Below, in pieces: positions 11,028 to 17,625 of a DNA stretch of 17,625 bases (position 1 is the first letter of the stretch; the number at the start of each line of letters is the position of its first letter). A program made the position numbers and the translations under genes. The notes beneath the pieces are model-generated. The model was not told where the DNA came from, did not search any database, and worked only from the letters and a program-made list of their open reading frames with translations. Source of the DNA: Nitrospinota bacterium (GTDB taxonomy: Bacteria > UBA8248); NCBI GenBank assembly GCA_046581755.1, contig JAYGFR010000341.1, forward strand, positions 1 through 17,625, written 5' to 3'.

Positions 11028-12184
11028 ATGAAAAACCTTCTTTGCACCTTAATCGGAGCGGCGGCGTTCCTCGCGATATTCCCCGCCTCGGCGGGCGCCG
11101 AAATCCTGGCGATGGTGAACTACGAGACTCGCAAGGACCAGGCGTTTCGGAGAGAGGGAATCGCCATCATCGACGTAGACCCGAAATCCGGGAACTACGG
11201 CAAAATTCTCATGGACATCCCCCTTCCGCACGACCTGGCCAACCACCACATCTTCTACAACCATGACGCCAGCAAGGCTTACATCACCGCCCTCAGCACG
11301 GGGCGTCTCCTCGTCATGGATCTCAAGCGGGTCCCCTACCGGCTGAAAACCATCCGGGTTCCCGGCTGCGCCGTGGGCGAGGACATCGTGTTCTCGGACG
11401 ACAACAAGACCTGGTGCACAACCTGCATGGGCTCGAACAAAATCATCGGCGGAGACGCCGTGGCCGACAAGCCCGTCAAGACGCTCGCCACGACGGGCAA
11501 GGCCTTCATCAAATACCCCCACGGTATCGCCGTCCACGGCGGCATCGACCGCATGCTTGTGACATCCACGGTCCGCGCCTCGGACCTCGGCAATGCGGGC
11601 GGGACGGTGACGGAGATTGAAGCTAGCAGCGGCAAGGTGCTCGCCACCCACAAGGTGGCGGGCAACCCCGCCAAGGGAAAAGCCCCGGTCGAAATCCTTT
11701 TCCTTCCGCGCTCAAACCCGCCCAGGGCCTACATCACCAACATGTTTGGCGGGACGCTCTTGCTAGCCACCTGGAGCCCTGGGAAGAAGATTTTTTTGGT
11801 GAAGCAGGTGTTCGACCTCTCGCCCCACAAGGCTGGCATTCCGCTGGAGATGTACTTCAACGAGAAAGGAGACAGGCTCTACCTCACCACGGCCAACCCG
11901 GGAGCGTTTCACATCATCGACATCAAAAACCCGGAAAAACCCAGGATGCTGAAAACCATCCCGGCCGCGGGCGGGGCGCATCATGCGGCCTTCGACAAGG
12001 GGGGCAAGTACGCCTTCGTCCAGAACAACCTGCTGGCTTTCAAGGGAATGAACGACGGGTCCATCACGGTGATCGACATGAAAAAGGAAAGCGCATCGGG
12101 AGCATCGACACGTTCAAGAACCGGGGGCTTCTCCCGAACCTGATCGTCCTGCTGCCGGAGTGGAATTTAGAAGCGGGCCACTAG
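11028..12184 (+). CDS. Secreted YncE-type beta-propeller with SBP56/methanethiol-oxidase-like N-terminal motif; one base missing near 12081-12090
   Basis: RBS AAGGAGG, ATG at 11028, signal peptide ending ASAGA. Motifs IAIIDVDPKSGNYGKI...P..LANHHIFYN, YPHGI and GGAHH. Restoring one A yields GKRIGSIDTFKNRGLLPNLIVLLPEWNLEAGH* (TAG 12182-12184) instead of the tail ending at 12143. Confidence 0.75.
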
Positions 12185-12217
12185 CGGCTCCGGCCGGAAG
12201 TGGTTGAGCCTGAACCC

Positions 12218-13336
12218 CTAGGCCGCGGCGCGTTCGGCCTCGATGAGGGCCTTGATCCGGGGCAGGAGGTCGCTCGCCACGCGGCGGGCCTCCTCCATAT
12301 GGGGGTAGCCCGAGAGGATGAATTCGTCGATGCCGAGCCGCCAGTAGCCCAGAAGCTCATTAGCGATTTGATCCGGCGAGCCAACCAGGGCGGTGCCGCA
12401 GTTGACCCGGACGGTGGAGATACCGTTCCAGAGGTGGGCCCCCAAGCGGTGATTCTCGGCTTTTTGAATCTGCCCGCGCTGGCCCACCATCGCCGTTCCG
12501 GCGAAGAGCGCCTGGCGCTGGGTCTGAACGGTTTTCTCGGCGCGGGAGAGAAGCTCCTCGGAAGCCGCCCAGGCTTCCTCTTCGGTGTCGCGCATGACGA
12601 TGTGGGAGCGGAGCCCGAAGGCGGAGGGCCGCCCCGCTTCGGCGAACTGGGCGTTGGCGTTGTCGATGAATTTGGCGATTCCCTCCTGGGGGGCGATCCA
12701 GGCCAGGTAGACGTCCGACTGCCGGCCGGCGAGGCGAAGGGCGGCCGGCGAGGCGCCGCCAAGATAGAACTTGGGCCCCTCCCCCACTGGGCCCGGCGAG
12801 CAGTGGGCGCCGTTCAGGCGGACGTGCTCTCCCTCGAAGATGACCGGTTTCGGGGACTTCCATAGCTCGCGCAGGGCGGCGATAAACTCCTCGGCCCGCT
12901 CGTAGCGCGTGTCGTGGTCGATGTTCTCGCCCATCTTTTCGAATTCGCCCTGGATGCCGCCGGGAACGATGTTGATGTCGATCCGGCCGCCGCTGATCTG
13001 GCTGAGGGAGGCGGCCATCTGGGCGAAGAGGCCGGGCGATATGAAGCCGGGACGCACGGCGATCAGGAAGCGGATCCGGCTGCTGACGGCGGCAAGCGCC
13101 GTCACCATCGTCCACGTTTCGGCCAGGGGCTCTTCGCTCTCGAACAGGCCGTTGGCGAAACGCGTTGGAATCAGCATCGAGTAGTAGCCGCACTTCTCGG
13201 CGGCATCGACGATCTTCCGCAGGTTCTCGAATGTGGGTGGACGCTCGGCCTTGAGCGTTCCGATGTGCTCTCCGTCACCGTCGATGGGAATGAACCAGTC
13301 GAACCTGGGTTCGGGCCTTTCGGATACGGGTGTCAT
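12218..13336 (-). CDS. LLM-class flavin-dependent monooxygenase (SsuD/alkanesulfonate monooxygenase-like)
   Basis: WFIP..GDG, MLIPT, RFLIAVRPG..SP, SGGRIDINIV.G, HDTRYERAEEF, YLGGAS, LW.G...VR..CGTALVGSP, EFILSGYPHMEEA. Confidence 0.9.
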   Translation of the reverse strand: MTPVSERPEPRFDWFIPIDGDGEHIGTLKAERPPTFENLRKIVDAAEKCGYYSMLIPTRFANGLFESEEPLAETWTMVTALAAVSSRIRFLIAVRPGFISPGLFAQMAASLSQISGGRIDINIVPGGIQGEFEKMGENIDHDTRYERAEEFIAALRELWKSPKPVIFEGEHVRLNGAHCSPGPVGEGPKFYLGGASPAALRLAGRQSDVYLAWIAPQEGIAKFIDNANAQFAEAGRPSAFGLRSHIVMRDTEEEAWAASEELLSRAEKTVQTQRQALFAGTAMVGQRGQIQKAENHRLGAHLWNGISTVRVNCGTALVGSPDQIANELLGYWRLGIDEFILSGYPHMEEARRVASDLLPRIKALIEAERAAA

Positions 13337-13442
13337 GGCCGGTCCTCTATGCTCGAAACGCGGTTGGTGAAAATCCGGGATGCCCCATCATAGGACGATG
13401 GAGCGGCGGCGAAAAGCCGCTCCGGCGGAATTCGGAGGGGGG

Positions 13443-14327
13443 CTAATCGGGGACGCGGACGATCTTCATGTTGAAATCGAGCGGTGGGGCCGAGCGCACG
13501 AGGGAACTCGTGGACAGATAATCCACCCCGGTGCGGGCGATTTCGTCCAATTCGGCGCCCTTAATCCCGGAGGCTTCAAGGACGTAGCGCTTTCCGGTCC
13601 GCGAGGCCGTCCCGCGACCACGGGCCCTGGCCACGGCGTCCCGGAGGGTGGCGGCGTTCATGTTGTCGAGGAGAACCATGTGCACCCGCCCGTCGTCCAT
13701 GACTTCGTCGAGCTGTTCGAATGACTGGACTTCGATCTGAATGTCCACCATATAGCGCTTGCCCCACTGAGCGTCGATAGCCGCCCGGATGGAGCCCGCC
13801 ACGGCGATGTCGTTGTCCTTGATCAGATCGCCGTCGAACATCCCGAGGCGGTGGTTTTTCCCGCCGCCGATGCGGACAGCGTATTTTTCGAAATACATCA
13901 GGCCCGGACGGCCCTTCCGCGTGTCGAGGACACCCGCAAAACTCTCGGGGGGATCGCCCAGCTCGCGCAAGACGCGGGCCGTGTGGGTGGCGATCTCGGA
14001 GGTGTAGGAGAGAATGTTCAGCGCCGTCCGCTCTGTTTTGAGAAGAACTTGAGCGTGCCCGCGGACGGTGGCCACCAGACCGCCGGGCGCGAGGGCATCT
14101 CCGTCTTTTTTCTCCCACCGCCATTCGGCCGCTTCGGGCCGGTCCAGGGCGAGCAGGCGCTGGGTCTCGTCGAAAATAATTCCGAGGAACAGGCTACCGG
14201 CGAGGATGCCTTCGGACTTGGCCCGTATTTCCGCCTCGCACAGGGGGTCGTTTTTGGTTTCCATCTGAAACGGGGCGCTGCCCAGATCGTCGAGGAGCCA
14301 CTCCCGCACCTTCGCCCGAATGTCCAA
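13443..14327 (-). CDS. nadC: Quinolinate phosphoribosyltransferase (nicotinate-nucleotide pyrophosphorylase), divergent
   Basis: ERTALN, LDTRK, EKYAVRIGGGKNHRLG, LIKDN, IEV, LLDN and LEASG motifs; TTG start; directly downstream of nadA. Confidence 0.9.
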   Translation of the reverse strand: MDIRAKVREWLLDDLGSAPFQMETKNDPLCEAEIRAKSEGILAGSLFLGIIFDETQRLLALDRPEAAEWRWEKKDGDALAPGGLVATVRGHAQVLLKTERTALNILSYTSEIATHTARVLRELGDPPESFAGVLDTRKGRPGLMYFEKYAVRIGGGKNHRLGMFDGDLIKDNDIAVAGSIRAAIDAQWGKRYMVDIQIEVQSFEQLDEVMDDGRVHMVLLDNMNAATLRDAVARARGRGTASRTGKRYVLEASGIKGAELDEIARTGVDYLSTSSLVRSAPPLDFNMKIVRVPD

Positions 14328-14380
14328 TTGTCGGATCCTTTTCCGGTTCCGTTGTTGAGGTCCGCCGGTGCGAGGCCGTC

Positions 14381-15499
14381 CTAGCCGATGGAGATCATTC
14401 GCTCGATGGGAATTTTGGCCCGCTCCGCGAGTTCGGGGTCAACCGTCACTTCGTGCACGAGGTTGCGCAGCGAGAGGTAGAGATTCTGGAGGGTGTTCTG
14501 CTTCATGAAGCCGCAGATGGCCTCTGCGCTCGCCGGAATCAGCGTCTTCTCGGGCGCGGCCTTGGACATGGGATAGAGGTTCCCCACCTCGGTCGCCATG
14601 ATGACTGTATCCTGCGGAACCTCCCGGACCAGTTTTACCATCCCTTGGGTCGATCGGAACTGCAAAAGGTCGTTCGGTACCAGGCCCGTGTTCACCTGCC
14701 GCATGCAGGCGCTCGTACAGCCGCACTCGGGATGAACCACGACCGCCGCATCGGGATGAAGACGCATCTGTTCGCTGACGTGGTGTGGACGGATGGCCTC
14801 GTGCACGTGGCAGGCGCCCAGCATCAGCCAGAGCCGATCAAGCGAATGTCCCCGCTTTTCGATGTACTTTGCCGCGAAATAACCGAGGAATACGTCCGGA
14901 AGAAACAGAATCGGCTGATCGGGTTCGGAATGCTCGAGAACATGCTCGAGAATTTTTGCGGCGTTGGCCGAAGCGCAGCAATAATCGCTCTCGGCTTTAA
15001 CGTCGAGATAGGTGTTGACGTAGCTGATAACGAGCCCACCCGGGTGGTCATTTTTCCACTCTCGGATCCGGCCCGCATCGGCATGCGCCGCCAACGAGCA
15101 AAGCGCCCCCAGGTCCGGCGCGAGCACCGTCTGGTGAGGCTTCTTCATGGCGGCTAGAATCTGGTTCATGAACAGTACCGATGGCTCGATCAAATAATCG
15201 GCATCGGATTTGGCGCCCTCGCGCGCCAGGAAAAGGGAATCCCCCACTGCATCGGAGACATCCTGAATATCACGATGAACATAGTTATGGGAAAGAACAA
15301 TCGCCTTGCGTTCGGTCTTGAGGCGCAGGATCTCTTTCTTCAACCGCTCGCGCTCTTCGGACGGCGTAAATTCCGGATCGGCTTCGGCCGGAATGTCCGG
15401 AATCTCGATTGTCGGTCCCAGATCCACCTGGTCCAGAATCGCAATGGCTTCCCTGGCAGGTAGGATCTCACCGGCTACGACTTCATCAACACTCGCCAT
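14381..15499 (-). CDS. nadA: Quinolinate synthase NadA
   Basis: SHNY, GDSL, CSLA, YVNT, CHVH, HPEC, ST.GM and CGFMK motifs, including the three Fe-S cysteines. ATG 15499 chosen because GGGAG lies upstream; GTG 15517 is an alternative start. Confidence 0.93.
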   Translation of the reverse strand: MASVDEVVAGEILPAREAIAILDQVDLGPTIEIPDIPAEADPEFTPSEERERLKKEILRLKTERKAIVLSHNYVHRDIQDVSDAVGDSLFLAREGAKSDADYLIEPSVLFMNQILAAMKKPHQTVLAPDLGALCSLAAHADAGRIREWKNDHPGGLVISYVNTYLDVKAESDYCCASANAAKILEHVLEHSEPDQPILFLPDVFLGYFAAKYIEKRGHSLDRLWLMLGACHVHEAIRPHHVSEQMRLHPDAAVVVHPECGCTSACMRQVNTGLVPNDLLQFRSTQGMVKLVREVPQDTVIMATEVGNLYPMSKAAPEKTLIPASAEAICGFMKQNTLQNLYLSLRNLVHEVTVDPELAERAKIPIERMISIG

Positions 15500-15543
15500 G
15501 ATAGGAAGTTCTCCCACCCTTTTTTGAAAGGTATGAATAATAC

Positions 15544-15623
15544 GACCGGGAAATTACAGACACCTCGATTCACGGTGCAGGCGACATAAATGGATACGTC
15601 TTCAATAATCTATATTTACGGTC
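15544..15623 (-). promoter_or_regulatory. Candidate structured cis-regulatory RNA in the nadA 5' leader
   Basis: Hand-folded three-way junction: P1 GACCG/CGGUC plus AAA/UUU plus UAUAGA/UCUGUA; P2 GACGUA/UAUGUC; P3 CACC/GGUG. It starts about 5 nt after the predicted TSS. Confidence 0.4.
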
Positions 15624-15634
15624 AAACTTATTAC

Positions 15635-15663
15635 AGTATACGCAAACTAAAATTTATAATCAA
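15635..15663 (-). promoter_or_regulatory. Putative sigma70 promoter for nadA-nadC
   Basis: Minus strand TTGATT-N17-TATACT, with the same -35 hexamer as the thiC promoter. Confidence 0.7.
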
Positions 15664-15850
15664 TAACCACCCCTCCCCAAAAAACGGGTTATTTAACTAG
15701 ACCGTCCCGGATTCCTAAAAATCAAAACAGGGGAATTTCAAACAGGCACTGGAAAAAAACAGCCGGAACCCCTTGGAGGAAACGCTTTGAAATGATAAAT
15801 CAGCCTCATTCCCGAAATTTAGTTCTTTCTAAAAAACGGAGGAGTCCCAG

Positions 15851-16241
15851 ATGAAGGAATCCGAAAAATTTATGCCCATCAATACGGATGAAATCGAATG
15901 GCAGGACGGAGAGAAAAATCCTGGGACTCCCGCCCGGGCTTAAGGCGAAAATCATCGCCGAGGCCTACGATGAGGTTTCGGAGCGGGTCGATAAGTTCGT
16001 TCAGTTCCCCCCCGGGTACACCGAGCCGAGGCATGAGCACGACTACTACCACAGCACCCTGGTCCTCGAAGGGGAGATGCACGTAGCCGGGAAAGTGCTC
16101 AAGCGGGGTGACTACGTTTATGGCGGCGGCGCGGGAAACTGGCACGGTCCATACCACTACCCTGTCGGCTGCATGGTGTATTCGGCAGGCCGTGCGAAAA
16201 AAATGAGCCAGATTCACCGCCAGGACGGGGAAAATAAATAG
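15851..16241 (+). CDS. Cupin-domain protein (ChrR/DUF4437-like), with one extra base in A5 at 15914-15918
   Basis: RBS GGAGGAG, then ATG at 15851 gives MKESEKFMPINTDEIEWQDGEK. Removing one A joins it to ILGLPPGLKAK...PGYTEPRHEHDYYHSTLVLEG...GDYVY...WHGPY (cupin motifs 1 and 2). Confidence 0.78.
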
Positions 16242-16283
16242 TTCCGTCCCGCCACGGCCAAAACGCTATCCGGAGAAAGCAGC

Positions 16284-17108
16284 ATGCCATTCGCTCTCGT
16301 AAACGGGACTCGCCTGAACTATCAGATATGCGGAAAGGGTCCGCCCATCGTACTGACCCATGGCTTCCAAAGTTCGATGTTCGTGTGGACTCCCGTTTTG
16401 GATTCTCTCGCAAAACGCTTCCAGGTAATCTCCTGGGACCTTCGGGGACACGGCGATTCGGAAAAACCGGCCGGGCCCTACCGTATTCAGAATTTCTCGG
16501 ACGACCTTCTCGGCCTGCTCGATGCTCTGAAATTGGATAAGGCGAACCTCATCGGCCACAGTATGGGCGGGCGGACCAGCGTCCTTTTTGCGATGGAGCA
16601 CGGGGATCGCTTGGATCGCCTGATGCTGGTGGCGGCATCAGCGGGAGCCCCCTCAGGCGCCTACCGGGAGCGTTTCGAATCCCTCCTTCGAATCGCCCAG
16701 GAAGAAGGAATGGAAGCCGTACTCGCGCATCGACTGACCCAGGGATTCATACCGCCAGCGCTACGCGAGGGGCCGTTCGCGGAAGAATACCGGGAGCGCT
16801 ACCTGAAAAACACGCCGGAAACTTACGCCGCCACGGCCAACGCCTTGTTCACCATGCCGGACCTGACCGGCCGGCTCGGAGAAATATCGTCTCCCACCTG
16901 GATATGCTACGGGGAAAACGACGCGGGGCCCCTAACCTTCAATGAAATTTTCCTAAAACGGATCCCAGACTGTTCGGGAGCCATTATCCCCGGCTCGGAC
17001 CATTTTCCGATGTGGGACAATACGGACACCTTCCTTTCGAAACTCGATTCGTTTCTCGGCAAGGGGATGTCCCGTTCTGTGTTGAAATTGAAGGGCGGCC
17101 CCTGGTAG
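16284..17108 (+). CDS. Alpha/beta hydrolase (3-oxoadipate enol-lactonase PcaD-like)
   Basis: LTHGF oxyanion motif, WDLRGHGDS, nucleophile GHSMGG, acid GEND and His SDHF. The last ~14 codons appear IS-derived. Confidence 0.9.
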   Translation: MPFALVNGTRLNYQICGKGPPIVLTHGFQSSMFVWTPVLDSLAKRFQVISWDLRGHGDSEKPAGPYRIQNFSDDLLGLLDALKLDKANLIGHSMGGRTSVLFAMEHGDRLDRLMLVAASAGAPSGAYRERFESLLRIAQEEGMEAVLAHRLTQGFIPPALREGPFAEEYRERYLKNTPETYAATANALFTMPDLTGRLGEISSPTWICYGENDAGPLTFNEIFLKRIPDCSGAIIPGSDHFPMWDNTDTFLSKLDSFLGKGMSRSVLKLKGGPW

Positions 17109-17625
17109 CTATGCAGCCTCTTCCACTTTGAGTTTTCCGTCAATCCGCTCGTCATTGCGTTCAAGGGCAGCGCTGAGGCGGGCCATGCCCTGGTAGCCCC
17201 GCACCCGGCGGAATCCCTTTCCGGCTTCCATCAGGCCCGCCGCCATCCAGCGCAGGATCATCCCTCCTCCCCTCCAGCGCTTGACCCGGCGGCTCACCCC
17301 CCGGACCGTGCCTAGGAGGTTCTCGATGACGTTCGTGCTCGAGAGGGTGCGCTCCAAAGATGCCGGGAGTCCCATCCCCATGACGGTGAGCGTCTCATCG
17401 AGCCCCTCTCTGAGAGAAGCCGCAGCTCCCGGATAGGCGGCTTCGAGCTTGCGCGCGAGGCCAGGCCCAGCAGGTGCTTGCGGGCATCGGCGTCGATGCC
17501 CAGCGCCACCAGTACCACATGCTCCGCGAAGTGAAGCCCAACGAGCATGAGGACCTTGAGGTCGACCCCCTCGAGCGGTTTCGAGAGAAATTCCTCAAGC
17601 TGAGCCCGGGTGGCGGCGACGAGGC
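17063..17625 (-). mobile_element. IS256-family insertion sequence remnant (3' end; runs off the window)
   Basis: Transposase fragments, followed 3' by ...AATTTCAACACAGAACGGGACATCCCC, which resembles IS256-type terminal inverted repeats. The other end is outside the window, so IR pairing and target-site duplication cannot be seen. Confidence 0.75.
17109..17625 (-). pseudogene. IS256 (Mutator-type) transposase pseudogene with internal deletion and frameshift
   Basis: One frame reads LVAATRAQLEEFLSKPLEGVDLKVLMLVGLHFAEHVVLVALGIDADARKHLLGL. At ~17460 it switches frame to LARKLEAAYPGAAASLREGLDETLTV...LSSTNVIEN...RRVKRWR...WMAAGL.EA.KGFRRVRGY. Confidence 0.88.

Noticed and set aside
13400..13423. 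GGAGCGGC/GCCGCTCC hairpin after nadC as an intrinsic terminator
   Set aside because: No U-tract follows on either strand, so read-through into the LLM gene remains possible.
15600..15610. CTTCAATAATC resembling the CUUCAACAACC segment of the NAD+-I riboswitch
   Set aside because: It is on the strand antisense to nadA and has no nearby pairing partner to close P1.
15631..15652. Possible NrtR/NadQ operator upstream of nadA
   Set aside because: Spacing is GT-N8-AC rather than GT-N7-AC, the palindrome is weak, and it is better explained as promoter sequence.

Overview
GC-rich bacterial chromosomal segment. Minus-strand envelope cluster: secreted FG-GAP/VCBS beta-propeller protein, Zn-ribbon/acidic-linker/RDD membrane protein, TMTC-like GT-C glycosyltransferase with TPRs, and a cyclase-family hydrolase. 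It is followed by two palindromic repeats, a promoter, TPP riboswitch, thiC and terminator, an orphan Mu Gp27-like gene and a DUF192 gene. The main hidden feature is an OsmC/Ohr-family gene that the ORF track splits at an in-frame TGA. The TGA sits at the catalytic Cys position and is followed by a SECIS-like hairpin, so this is a probable selenoprotein. It lies directly upstream of a secreted beta-propeller whose N-terminus matches the SBP56/methanethiol-oxidase motif. Further right are an SsuD-like LLM monooxygenase, a divergent nadC-nadA pair (no nadB) with a structured ~130-nt leader unlike the NAD+ riboswitches I can recall, a 4-His cupin, an alpha/beta hydrolase, and an internally deleted IS256 whose end supplies the hydrolase C-terminus. 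Three genes carry single-base frameshifts (two at A5 runs), which suggests assembly indel errors. All family calls come from motif recognition by eye, not database searches.
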